From Flexilinea sp. (GTDB lineage Bacteria > Bacillota > Clostridia > Oscillospirales > Oscillospiraceae), in assembly GCA_963615825.1 (NCBI GenBank), contig CAVEIY010000001.1, positions 3,200 through 67,199 of the forward strand: 64,000 nt of DNA, written 5' to 3'. Within the stretch, counting starts at the first letter, position 1; every line of letters begins with the position of its first letter. The position numbers were made by a program, and so were the translations under genes. Under the pieces are notes generated by a model. It was not told where the DNA came from. It worked only from the letters and a program-made list of their open reading frames with translations, and searched no databases. Shown here piece after piece: positions 48,578-57,286 of this stretch.

Positions 48578-48712
48578 TTAAAATCCCTCATAGATAAATT
48601 CGCCGTTTCCGGTGAAAAACAGGAAAATGGCCAGCAGCATCAGGGCGTAAAGCAGAACCTGAACAGGGAGGCTTCCTAAAAAACGAGAAAACTTTGATGT
48701 TCGCTTTTTCAT
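48578..48712 (-). CDS. DltX-like small membrane protein (44 aa), not in the ORF track
   Basis: Hand translation gives MKKRTSKFSRFLGSLPVQVLLYALMLLAIFLFFTGNGEFIYEGF. One TM plus a C-terminal FIYxxF-type motif, as in DltX. ATGA overlap with the upstream gene's stop. Confidence 0.65.
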   Translation of the reverse strand: MKKRTSKFSRFLGSLPVQVLLYALMLLAIFLFFTGNGEFIYEGF

Positions 48713-49605
48713 TGGCACAACCACTCCTCAATTGCATTTGTGAACTGAACCGCGCCGACCTCACGGTTCAGGTGACCCAGATCATAAAATCCCTCACGGT
48801 CAATGGAATTCCGCATGTCCAAAACGTCGATTCCCGACTCCTGAAACATCGTAATTGCCTCGTCCATCACCTCGGCGGGGTAACCGTCAAAGGTATAATA
48901 GGGATTGAGCGGGGCGCAGAGAACGCGAAGGCGTATGCCGTGCTGCTGACAATAGTTGATGATCCGGCGGGTTGCAGCAAAGTTCTTCTTGTAATAGCTC
49001 AGATCCTTGTTGTAGTATTGCTCGGCTTGGGCGGAGATGATTTGATCCAGCTCATCATCGCTTAAACTGCCGTGGCACTCGGAACGGCTGAGATCGGTAT
49101 AACGGGTGATGCCGGAAAGGCTGTGTGTCTCCAGAAGGCTTTTGGCGGTATTTTCGGCAGCGGTCATCAGACGGTCCCGCTGGAAGTATACATACGGCTC
49201 CAGGGGAAGCCTGTGCCAGGGATAGGAGGGGTCCGTGCTGATGATGTCGGAGAAGGTCAGGTAATTGACCATAACCACCAGATCGGTTCCGGGGGAGAGA
49301 TAACCCTTTGTCAGCTCGGCCTCCAGGTCCAGCATTGTGCCATAGACAATGCCAAAATTGACATAGCCGGATTGACTGCGATCCTCCAGATACCCGGCGC
49401 CAACGACAGAGTTTCCCCACAGTACCTTGTCAAAGGCGGTCTTTCCGTCGTGGGAGATGACGGCACGTTCATAGTCGTTTTTGGGGAAGAGCGTGCTTTG
49501 CTCTACCGGGGCCAAAGCGGTCAAAATAAGGTCGATTCCAACCAGTACAGCCAACAGGAGCAGGATAAAGCGAAGCTCCAATAACAGATGTTTCAGTTGT
49601 TTCAT
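48709..49605 (-). CDS. DltD-like / SGNH-type membrane-anchored acyl-transfer protein
   Basis: N-terminal TM anchor. LWGNSVV (GxS block) and DLGHL (DxxH block). Position matches DltD after the MBOAT. Shorter than canonical DltD. Start at ATG 49605 behind GAGGTG. Confidence 0.55.
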   Translation of the reverse strand: MKQLKHLLLELRFILLLLAVLVGIDLILTALAPVEQSTLFPKNDYERAVISHDGKTAFDKVLWGNSVVGAGYLEDRSQSGYVNFGIVYGTMLDLEAELTKGYLSPGTDLVVMVNYLTFSDIISTDPSYPWHRLPLEPYVYFQRDRLMTAAENTAKSLLETHSLSGITRYTDLSRSECHGSLSDDELDQIISAQAEQYYNKDLSYYKKNFAATRRIINYCQQHGIRLRVLCAPLNPYYTFDGYPAEVMDEAITMFQESGIDVLDMRNSIDREGFYDLGHLNREVGAVQFTNAIEEWLCQ

Positions 49606-49613
49606 TGCGCACC

Positions 49614-50753
49614 TCACAGTTTGAAAAAGCCATGCAAAACTTGAAGCAGCTGGTCATACTGAAGGGTAAAGACCAGCGTGTTCAGGGCAAATGCGGCGTT
49701 TACAAACAGGCATCGGGCGAGATAAACGGAGCGCTTCACCTTCCGCTTGTTGACGGAGGTTTGCTCAAGCAGGTTTTCAATGGCCAAAAGCGCACCATTA
49801 TATACGCCAGCAATGAGGTACAGCCAGGAAAATCCATGCCAAAGACTCATGACGACCATGGTGAGCAGGGCGATCAGGGCAGAGATGCTGCGTTTGAGCT
49901 TCTTCTTGTTGAGCAGAATAAAAATGTGCTCCCGAATCCAATCGGACAGAGTGGAATGCCAGTTTCTCCAAAACTGAGTAAAGGATGGAGAGGCCCAGGG
50001 ACGCTTGAAGTTCTCGGGAACGGCATAGCCTGCCATACGGCCCATGCCGATGGCAATGTCACTGTAGCCGGAAAGATCAAAATACAGTTCCAGATAGCTC
50101 AGCAGCAGGGCCAGTATGCTCAGGTACCAATGAGCGCCAAAGGTCAAAAGCAAATTCATTCCGCGAATGACCAGAGAAACCAGCACCACTTTTTTGAAAA
50201 AGCCCCGTACAATTCGCTTGAAGTCCAGCGTGAACTCCTGGCAGGTCATAGGAACGGGGGCATTGTAGGTTCGTAAGAAAGCGCTGTAGCGGAAGATCGG
50301 CCCTGCGGTAAAGACCGGCAAAAACAGCATGTAGTTGAGATACGGGAGAACAGCAATCTTTTCTCGGGTATAGTACACATAGTAAAGGGTGTCTATTTGC
50401 TTGAGCATCTGAAAGGCGATGCCGATACAAACCAGAGGGAAAGGCAGAGAAAGGCCAAACGCCTCGAATCGGGTCAGGAAAAACGGAACAAGCGCCACAA
50501 GGGAGAAGCCCAGAAATAGAATCCAATGGTGGAACCGATACAGAAGCCAATTGCATAGCATGCTGAGTCCCAGGTAGATCAGATAAAACGCTGCCAGACG
50601 TAGACCAATGAGGGCTAAAATCCCCAGCTCTGCGATGGGGAGCAGGGTGCGGAACCAGAGCGGCTTCTTTCGCTCCAGCGTTACCCGCAGCAGTGCAGTG
50701 ACCGCAACATACAAAACCAAAATCCCAAGGGTTTGGGTTTCAAGATACCACAT
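49614..50753 (-). CDS. MBOAT family O-acyltransferase (DltB-like)
   Basis: 379 aa, about 10 TM. Conserved His context MVVMSLWHGFSW. Confidence 0.8.
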   Translation of the reverse strand: MWYLETQTLGILVLYVAVTALLRVTLERKKPLWFRTLLPIAELGILALIGLRLAAFYLIYLGLSMLCNWLLYRFHHWILFLGFSLVALVPFFLTRFEAFGLSLPFPLVCIGIAFQMLKQIDTLYYVYYTREKIAVLPYLNYMLFLPVFTAGPIFRYSAFLRTYNAPVPMTCQEFTLDFKRIVRGFFKKVVLVSLVIRGMNLLLTFGAHWYLSILALLLSYLELYFDLSGYSDIAIGMGRMAGYAVPENFKRPWASPSFTQFWRNWHSTLSDWIREHIFILLNKKKLKRSISALIALLTMVVMSLWHGFSWLYLIAGVYNGALLAIENLLEQTSVNKRKVKRSVYLARCLFVNAAFALNTLVFTLQYDQLLQVLHGFFKL

Positions 50754-50756
50754 GGT

Positions 50757-51236
50757 TTACCCTCCAAGCTTCTTGTATGTCAGCTGGCAAAATGGAAGAT
50801 AGCCATGCTTTTGAAACCAGCGCAGGCTATGCTGGTTTTCACAAATGACCTCGCTCTCCACAATCGGGACGCCCAACTCCGTCAGCCAAGCTTCGACATA
50901 TTCCAGAAGCTTGTCCGCCACGCCGCTGCCCCGATATGCGGGGGAAACACAGATATCATTGATTTTTCCCATCAGGCGAAGGCCGTCGCAGCTCAGCTTC
51001 CGATCCATGCGATTGACAGATGCGGAGAGAAAGCCGCAGATGGCTCCATCTGCTTCTGCAACTGCAAGACAGCACATCTTTGAGCGCAGAAGAATGTTCA
51101 GAATATCGTCCAGTTCGTCCTGTGCGAAGGTGAACGGAAAGGTCATGGTGCACAGCAGCCCATAAAGGTCCCCGTAGAGCGCGGAAACTGCGTCCAAATC
51201 CTCGGGGACCGCTCTGCGAATGATGACGTCGCTCAT
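50757..51236 (-). CDS. GNAT family N-acetyltransferase embedded in the Dlt-like operon
   Basis: 159 aa. Acetyl-CoA motif VSPAYRGSGVADKLLEYV. ATGA overlap with the carrier-protein gene. 3 nt from the MBOAT start. Confidence 0.8.
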   Translation of the reverse strand: MSDVIIRRAVPEDLDAVSALYGDLYGLLCTMTFPFTFAQDELDDILNILLRSKMCCLAVAEADGAICGFLSASVNRMDRKLSCDGLRLMGKINDICVSPAYRGSGVADKLLEYVEAWLTELGVPIVESEVICENQHSLRWFQKHGYLPFCQLTYKKLGG

Positions 51237-51481
51237 GACAGCTTCTTGCCAATGACCTCGGCAATTTCGCGGATGCTGTTCATGGGATACAGAATCAGGT
51301 CCTTCTGCGTGATTTCCACGTTCCAGGTATCCTCAATGAATTCAATGATTTCAAAGGAACCCAGAGAGTCCAGATAACCGTATTCAAACATGTCGATCTC
51401 GGGGGAAAAATCCGGGTCGTCGGCGTCAATGTCAAAGTGCTCCAGGATAAAGTCATACAGCTTTTGTTCAATTTCGTTCAT
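51233..51481 (-). CDS. Acyl/peptidyl carrier protein (DltC-like)
   Basis: 82 aa and acidic. Phosphopantetheine site YLDSLGSFE. Confidence 0.8.
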   Translation of the reverse strand: MNEIEQKLYDFILEHFDIDADDPDFSPEIDMFEYGYLDSLGSFEIIEFIEDTWNVEITQKDLILYPMNSIREIAEVIGKKLS

Positions 51482-51499
51482 ATGAAAGGCTCCTTGTGG

Positions 51500-53020
51500 T
51501 TAAAAGGTGGATTTTAATGTAACGCGGTCAATTTTGCCGTTGGGGGTTTGGGGAAGCTCCTGCATGCACACCAGACGGGTGGGGAGCATATAGCTGGGCA
51601 GAATCTTCCGCAGCTCCATGTTCAGCTTCCGGAGAATGAGCTTCTCGTCGGTTTCTGCAAAAAGGACAATGTCCTCCTTTGCCGCGTCGAACAGGGCAGC
51701 GGCGTTTCCAATGGCGGGAATGCACTTGGCGGCGGTTTCAATTTCGCCAAGCTCAATGCGGTTGCCACGGTGCTTGATTTGGGAATCTGCCCGACCAACG
51801 AACATCAGGTTGCCGTCTGCGGCCCAATAGGCCAAATCGCCGGTTCGATACATACGATCGTCGTAATAGTGCTGCATTGGGTTCTGGACAAATGCTTTTC
51901 GGGTAATCTCCTGGGCATTCCAGTAACCGCGGGCCAGGGCGCTGCCCTGAATGCACAGATCGCCGGTTTCTCCCACATCACAGAGGGTGTTGTCCGGGCG
52001 AAGCACCAGCGCACGCATATTTCTGCACGCTTTTCCGATGGGCAGCGTATCGCCGTCGGAGAATTCGCGGTCCACGATATAATAGGTGCAGACGTCGGTG
52101 ATTTCCGTTGGACCGTACAGGTTGGCATACATGGCATCCGGCAGGGCTTTACGCCAAATGTTTAACTGACGGTTTGGCATAACCTCGCCGCAGAATAGAA
52201 TTTTTTTCAAATCCGGCAGCTCCAGATCCGCCAGGGCGTTGTGATTGGCAACGCTAATCATTACGGTTGGAACCCAGAAGATGGTGTTGATCCGGTTGTC
52301 ACGGACATATTCCATCAGCTGGGAGGGAAAACGGAACAGCACGGCGGGAATCAGATAAACGGTGGCGCCGGTTCGGCACATGGTGTAGAGATCGAATGTA
52401 GAGTTATCGAAGTAGAATGCAGACTGATTCCCCAATACGGTATGTTCATCAAATTGGAAGGTGTCCCTGAGCCAGTCGGCGTAGTCCAGAATGCCACGAT
52501 GCGGGATGGTAACGCCCTTGGGAACGCCGGTGGAACCGGAGGTAAACATAATATAGATGGGATCGGAATCAATGACGGCAGAGACGGCCTGTTCAATGGC
52601 AGAATGGTTGATTTCGGCTTCCAGTGCGTCCTCCAGCAAGAGCACCTTTACTGCGCTGAGGTTCACGTTTTCAAGCCGGGAAACCATGTCTCGGCTGGTA
52701 ATCAGAAAGCCTTCTCCCAAACTTGCAGCAATGGATTCCAGACGCACCATTGGAATGTCGTCGGCAACAGGGACGTAAGGATTTCCGCTGTATTGCGCGC
52801 CGAGATAGCAGCTAACGGCAGCAATCGACTTTGGAAGATAGACGATCAGCGGAGTGAGTCCCCTGGCAGCGCCGCGGGCGGCCAATAGTGCGGAACCGAT
52901 GGCCTTGGCCTGCTGCGCAAGCTGCGCAAAGGTAACAGAGCCATTGGCATCCACAACAGCGGTTTTATCGGAAAACTTTTGAGCGGTTTGTTCAAACATT
53001 CGGACGGCTGTATTCAACAT
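51500..53020 (-). CDS. Amino acid adenylation enzyme, stand-alone A domain (DltA-like carrier-protein ligase)
   Basis: 506 aa. Motifs FTSGSTGVPKGV, YGPTE, YRTGD, GRADSQIKHRGNRIELGEIE and PNGKIDR. Confidence 0.85.
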   Translation of the reverse strand: MLNTAVRMFEQTAQKFSDKTAVVDANGSVTFAQLAQQAKAIGSALLAARGAARGLTPLIVYLPKSIAAVSCYLGAQYSGNPYVPVADDIPMVRLESIAASLGEGFLITSRDMVSRLENVNLSAVKVLLLEDALEAEINHSAIEQAVSAVIDSDPIYIMFTSGSTGVPKGVTIPHRGILDYADWLRDTFQFDEHTVLGNQSAFYFDNSTFDLYTMCRTGATVYLIPAVLFRFPSQLMEYVRDNRINTIFWVPTVMISVANHNALADLELPDLKKILFCGEVMPNRQLNIWRKALPDAMYANLYGPTEITDVCTYYIVDREFSDGDTLPIGKACRNMRALVLRPDNTLCDVGETGDLCIQGSALARGYWNAQEITRKAFVQNPMQHYYDDRMYRTGDLAYWAADGNLMFVGRADSQIKHRGNRIELGEIETAAKCIPAIGNAAALFDAAKEDIVLFAETDEKLILRKLNMELRKILPSYMLPTRLVCMQELPQTPNGKIDRVTLKSTF

Positions 53021-53071
53021 AGTTACGCCTCCATAAGATTTGTGCGGTGTTGCATTAGGTTATACAGAAAA

Positions 53072-53100
53072 AGTATAGCATAATCCAACAGGCTTCGCAA
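53072..53100 (-). promoter_or_regulatory. Sigma-70-like promoter of the Dlt-like operon
   Basis: Minus strand has TTGCGA (53100-53095), 17-nt spacer, TATACT (53077-53072). Confidence 0.5.
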
Positions 53101-53175
53101 TCATTATGTGGTAATTTCAAGGCTTCCAGAGCGCAAGCGTTGGCATGGCAGCCTGGATTTTTCCCGATCTATCAG

Positions 53176-53214
53176 CAGAAAACCAGGCTTTCCGAAAATG
53201 GAAAACCTGGTTTT
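53176..53214 (-). terminator. Terminator after the SDR pair
   Basis: AACCAGG.TTTCC-loop-GGAAA.CCTGGTT with flanking A/T tracts on both strands. Confidence 0.7.
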
Positions 53215-53246
53215 GCACGGTGTCGATACAGAACGGAAAGGTACCG

Positions 53247-54029
53247 TTATCCTCCGGTGGTTGCACCGCCGTCTACAATCAGCGTGGTACCGGTGATAAA
53301 GGCGGCGGCATCGGTGGCAAGATACAGCATGGCAGAGGCGATTTCCTCGGGCTGTGCCATACGGTGCATGGGGATTTTGTCCAGCAGGGTTTCTGCAAGG
53401 GCTTGATTCTCCAGCAGCTCCTGATTGATGGCAGTTGCGGTAAGACCGGGGCAAACCGCATTGACCGTAATGCCGTATTCTGCCCACTCCCGGCCCATGG
53501 TGCGGACCAGGGTTACCAGCGCACCCTTGGAGGCGCCGTAGGGGCCGTGGTGTCCGCCGCCCTCAAAGGCGCCAATGGAGGCGGTGATGACGATGCGTCC
53601 GCCACGGCCCTGATGAATCATTTGCTTTGCCGCTGCCTTTGCACAGAGAAAGGTCCCCTTGAGATTGACGGAAACGACGTTCATAAACTCTTCTTCTGTC
53701 TGCTCCAGAAGCGGGAGAACGGCGCCTCCGATGCCGGCATTGGCGACGAAAATGTCGACACCGCCAAAATGGTCCACGGCTTCGGCAATGAGATGCTCCA
53801 CCTGGGGACTCTGGGAGATGTCCACGGGGATGACGTGAACACGTCCGCCATTTCTCCGAATGATCTCTGCGGTCTTTTCCGCGGCAGGCTCGGAAATATC
53901 CGCCGCAATTACGTTCGCTCCATAGGCGGCAAACAGCATGGCGGCAGCCTGACCGATGCCGCTTCCGGCTCCGGTGACAATGGCGGTTTTTCCTGCGCAG
54001 TCAAAGGTGGGAATCGGGACAGGATACAT
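53247..54029 (-). CDS. SDR family NAD(P)-dependent oxidoreductase
   Basis: TGAGSGIGQAAA cofactor motif. YGASKGAL (YxxxK). Confidence 0.88.
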   Translation of the reverse strand: MYPVPIPTFDCAGKTAIVTGAGSGIGQAAAMLFAAYGANVIAADISEPAAEKTAEIIRRNGGRVHVIPVDISQSPQVEHLIAEAVDHFGGVDIFVANAGIGGAVLPLLEQTEEEFMNVVSVNLKGTFLCAKAAAKQMIHQGRGGRIVITASIGAFEGGGHHGPYGASKGALVTLVRTMGREWAEYGITVNAVCPGLTATAINQELLENQALAETLLDKIPMHRMAQPEEIASAMLYLATDAAAFITGTTLIVDGGATTGG

Positions 54030-54046
54030 AGCGCTTTCTCCTTTCC

Positions 54047-54808
54047 TTATAGGCAGCGGCCATTATCGGTGACAATGGCCTGGCCGGTGATACAGCGGGA
54101 CAAGTCGCTGGCAAGGAATGCAATGACATTGGCCTGGTCCTCTGCGGAAGCAAAGGGAATGGAGGAATCCATATGCCGGTCGGTAATGGCGAAGAACTCC
54201 TGGTCAATGAAGGTATCCTCCCGGCCGTCCATCCGATCTACCGCAGTTGGACCGGGGCAGACGGCGTTGCAGCGAATATCGGTGCCGGTATACTGAAGGG
54301 CAATGTTCTTGGTCATGGCAATCACGGCCGCTTTGGCTGCGGAATAGCTGACTCCGGCATTGCCATACACGCCTGCAATGGCTGAGAGATTCACAATAGA
54401 GCCGCTTCCCTGAGCGCGCATATAGGGGAGCGCAGCCCGACAGCAATAGAGCACCGCAGACTGATTTAGCGCAATCATCTGATCCCAGAATTGGTCGCTG
54501 CATTTTTCGGTGGTGGTGTGGAAATCTCCTGCCCCGGCATTGTTGATGAGAACGTCAATACGCCCAAAGGTCTTGACCACCTGCGCGACTGCGTTGGTAC
54601 AATCCTCGGAATGGGTTACGTCCCCTGCGATGGTCAGGCATTCTGCGCCCAGGGCCTTTAATTCGGCGGCAACCTGGTCCATTTTCTCCTGTCCACGGGC
54701 AAAAATAGCGACTTTAGCCCCCTGCTTTGCGAATACCCGGGCGGTTTCTGCGCCGATGCCGGAGCTTCCGCCGGTAATCAGCGCAACCTTATCTGTTAGC
54801 ATTTCCAT
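54047..54808 (-). CDS. SDR family NAD(P)-dependent oxidoreductase
   Basis: TGGSSGIGAETA, NNAG and YSAAKAAV. Confidence 0.88.
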   Translation of the reverse strand: MEMLTDKVALITGGSSGIGAETARVFAKQGAKVAIFARGQEKMDQVAAELKALGAECLTIAGDVTHSEDCTNAVAQVVKTFGRIDVLINNAGAGDFHTTTEKCSDQFWDQMIALNQSAVLYCCRAALPYMRAQGSGSIVNLSAIAGVYGNAGVSYSAAKAAVIAMTKNIALQYTGTDIRCNAVCPGPTAVDRMDGREDTFIDQEFFAITDRHMDSSIPFASAEDQANVIAFLASDLSRCITGQAIVTDNGRCL

Positions 54809-55103
54809 GTTGTTCCCTCCTGTCGTTCTGTTATTTCTACTATAAACGGCTTTGGGAGGAATGTAAAATAACTCTTTTGCCGCCCATTATAACCTGGAGA
54901 GAATAACGGGCGCGACGCGGCCCTGGCAAGAGCCGGAAAATTCCTGTGGGGATGACACTGGAAGGATGGGCTGGAATGCCTCGGGGGGAGAGGCGGGAAA
55001 TACGCTGTCTCTGCAAGAAACCGTGTCGTTCAGACGGGGGAGTAGAATATGGGTGATCCTTTTATACAATAGGAAAAATAACATAAATATTCTCATTTGA
55101 CGC

Positions 55104-55152
55104 TTGACAAGTAACCGAACGGTCACTATAATAAAAGTTACCGAACGGTTAC
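55104..55152 (+). promoter_or_regulatory. Promoter with two overlapping TetR-type operator palindromes
   Basis: TTGACA (55104-09), 17-nt spacer, TATAAT (55127-32). GTAACCGAACGGTCAC (55111-26) fills the spacer. GTTACCGAACGGTTAC (55137-52) lies just downstream. Confidence 0.6.
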
Positions 55153-55172
55153 TTCTGCGAAGGAGGGCGAGT

Positions 55173-55802
55173 ATGGCCGGAGATACAAAAGAACGAATTT
55201 TGGAAACTGCGCTGGAGCTGTTTGCACAGAGTGGATATCTTGGAACCTCCATGAATGACATTGCAAAACAGCTGGGGATTACCAAGGCTGCCCTGTATAA
55301 GCACTATGCCAGCAAGCAGGAAATTTTGGATCGAATTGTGGAGCGGATGAACAAGATGGATTATGAACGCGCCGAAGCATATGAAATGCCGGAAACGGAG
55401 CCGGACGGGTTCGCAGAGGCCTATCTGCATACGCCAATTGCGAAGATTCGTGCATACAGTATGGCGCAGTTCGACCACTGGACCAAAGAGCCGTTTTCCT
55501 CAAATTTTCGGAAAATGCTGACGCTGGAGCAGTATCGTGATCCCAAGCTTGCAGGGCTTTATCAGGATTATCTTGCAGCCGGACCCACGGAATATATGGC
55601 TGCAATTTTCCGAAAGCTGACGGACTCCGATGCAACCGCCATGCAGCTGGCACTGGAGTTTTATGGACCGATGTATCTGCTTTACAGCGTTTACGATGGA
55701 GCAAAGGAAAAAGAAAGCGTGGCGCCGCTGCTCAGTGCGCATATTGACCGCTTTATTGCCAAAACTGAATCCGGCTATAAAATGTCGGAAACTTCACAAT
55801 AG
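55173..55802 (+). CDS. TetR/AcrR family transcriptional regulator
   Basis: KERILETALELFAQSGYLGTSMNDIAKQLGITKAALYKHYASKQEI HTH. Start moved to ATG 55173 behind AAGGAGGG. Confidence 0.88.
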   Translation: MAGDTKERILETALELFAQSGYLGTSMNDIAKQLGITKAALYKHYASKQEILDRIVERMNKMDYERAEAYEMPETEPDGFAEAYLHTPIAKIRAYSMAQFDHWTKEPFSSNFRKMLTLEQYRDPKLAGLYQDYLAAGPTEYMAAIFRKLTDSDATAMQLALEFYGPMYLLYSVYDGAKEKESVAPLLSAHIDRFIAKTESGYKMSETSQ

Positions 55803-55812
55803 AAACCCCGGG

Positions 55813-55838
55813 AGCCAGACGCTAAGACGCAGTGCTGA
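55813..55838 (+). repeat. 26-nt exact repeat, copy 1 (matches the 3' end of the KTR gene)
   Basis: AGCCAGACGCTAAGACGCAGTGCTGA is identical to 57453-57478. It runs into terminator hairpin 55826-55867. Confidence 0.85.
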
Positions 55839-55867
55839 TCGAAATGCCGATCATACTGCGTCTTTTT
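55826..55867 (+). terminator. Intrinsic terminator after TetR gene 1
   Basis: GACGCAGTGCTGATCG-aaatgc-CGATCATACTGCGTC followed by TTTTT. Confidence 0.7.
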
Positions 55868-55918
55868 GGCGCTGTATGCAAGCAGTACAGTGCACCCAAA
55901 TAACAATAGGAGGAATGT

Positions 55919-56137
55919 ATGATGATGTGTCCGAAATGCGAAAAAGAAATGAGAAAGGGCTACCTGTTTGGCAGCAAAGACGGGGCGTTCAGCTTTGCAA
56001 ATGAGGTGCCCTCTGCCCTGGAGCCTGCGAAAAATGCAGACGGCTTTGTGAAGATCACGGGGCTGAAATCGGGAGGCCGGACTAGTGTGAAAGCCTGCTG
56101 CTGCGATGTGTGCAGAATGATCCTGATCCAGTATTGA
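55919..56137 (+). CDS. Small Cys-rich zinc-ribbon-like protein (DUF6487-like)
   Basis: 72 aa. CPKC...CCCDVC pairs. RBS AGGAGG. Confidence 0.55.
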   Translation: MMMCPKCEKEMRKGYLFGSKDGAFSFANEVPSALEPAKNADGFVKITGLKSGGRTSVKACCCDVCRMILIQY

Positions 56138-56151
56138 GGAGGGGCAGTGAG

Positions 56152-56565
56152 ATGACAAAACTCTATTTTGGAAATATAGTGACTGCAATTACAACGCTGA
56201 TGATCCTCACCATGCTGGGCTTTATCGGGTATTCCGCGTATCACCACGCCGCAATTTCCTGTTGGGGACGCAGAAGCGCCTTTCTGCTGGTGTTCGGTCT
56301 TGTTGTCTGCTGCTTGGCGGCGGCACGGGACGGTCTGGACAAAACCATTCAGCACACCATTGACGGCAGCTGCGCACCAGGGCTGTTTCCGCTGATTAGC
56401 GTTCCAACCATCGTCGGCTGCATTGGTGCACTGCTGATCGTGGTGGCTGCCATTGCAACGCCGATTGCCAAAACACAGCGGGTGCGGGAGATCTGGTTTT
56501 ACATCATGTCTGGCGGTGCGGTTTTAAAAATCGTGACCATGGAGATTGCAAGAGTGATAATCTAA
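56152..56565 (+). CDS. Hypothetical membrane protein (4 TM)
   Basis: Start at ATG 56152 behind GAGGAGGGG. Hydrophobic. I recognise no motif. Confidence 0.55.
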   Translation: MTKLYFGNIVTAITTLMILTMLGFIGYSAYHHAAISCWGRRSAFLLVFGLVVCCLAAARDGLDKTIQHTIDGSCAPGLFPLISVPTIVGCIGALLIVVAAIATPIAKTQRVREIWFYIMSGGAVLKIVTMEIARVII

Positions 56566-56590
56566 ATCAGCTTTCGACAGTATCTTCCCC

Positions 56591-56639
56591 TTGACTTTTG
56601 TAAAAAAGCAAATTACAATATAACTAACGAACGTTAGTT
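56591..56639 (+). promoter_or_regulatory. Promoter plus perfect 18-bp TetR-type operator palindrome
   Basis: TTGACT (56591-96), 17-nt spacer, TACAAT (56614-19). AACTAACG-AA-CGTTAGTT lies at 56622-39. Confidence 0.6.
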
Positions 56640-56653
56640 AGTGAGGGGCGGCT

Positions 56654-57283
56654 ATGAAACAAGAGGACACCAAGCAAAAAATTCTGGATCAGGCGCTGGA
56701 GCTGTTTTCCACATATGGCTACGATTCTGTCAGTGTAGGGGAAATTGCCAAGGCGGTGGGAATCAAGGCCCCCTCCCTTTATAACCATTTTCCCAGCAAG
56801 CAGGCCATTTTTGATGCAATTGTGGCATCCACGGCGGCACAGTATGAGGCCGACACCGGGAAGATTGACATTCATGTGCAGAATGTGGCGCAGGATATTC
56901 CGGTATTTACGGAGATCACGGCGGAAGCCCTGTTTGAAAAGGTCCGACAGATTTTTGAGTATTCCCTCCACAATGAGCCGGTCAGCCGCTTTCGGCATAT
57001 GATGACCATGGAGCAGTTTCGCTCGACGGAGCTGGCGGCCTTGTATTCACGGCGTTATGTGGAGCGCATTCTTGACTATCATGCCGGTATTTTCCGTGCA
57101 TTGATTGCTTCCGGTGAGATTTGCGCAGAGGACCCGGATGCATTGGCAATGATGTATGTGGCACCGGTCCTGACACTGATTGGAATTTGTGACCGTCAAC
57201 CGGAGCGAGAGGCGGAGTGCGTCGAAAAGCTTCGCCAGCATGTGGATCTCTTTTTCCGTATGGTACACGTAAAGGAGTCATGA
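56654..57283 (+). CDS. TetR/AcrR family transcriptional regulator
   Basis: KQKILDQALELFSTYGYDSVSVGEIAKAVGIKAPSLYNHFPSKQAI. Confidence 0.88.
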   Translation: MKQEDTKQKILDQALELFSTYGYDSVSVGEIAKAVGIKAPSLYNHFPSKQAIFDAIVASTAAQYEADTGKIDIHVQNVAQDIPVFTEITAEALFEKVRQIFEYSLHNEPVSRFRHMMTMEQFRSTELAALYSRRYVERILDYHAGIFRALIASGEICAEDPDALAMMYVAPVLTLIGICDRQPEREAECVEKLRQHVDLFFRMVHVKES

Positions 57284-57286
57284 CAG

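Noticed and set aside
53098-53125. Partial match (atcattatgtggta) to the inverton IR (agcattatgtgata) upstream of the Dlt-like promoter
   Set aside because: It is a single imperfect half-site with no inverted partner nearby, so it is compatible with chance. A genome-wide search for the 25-mer would settle it.
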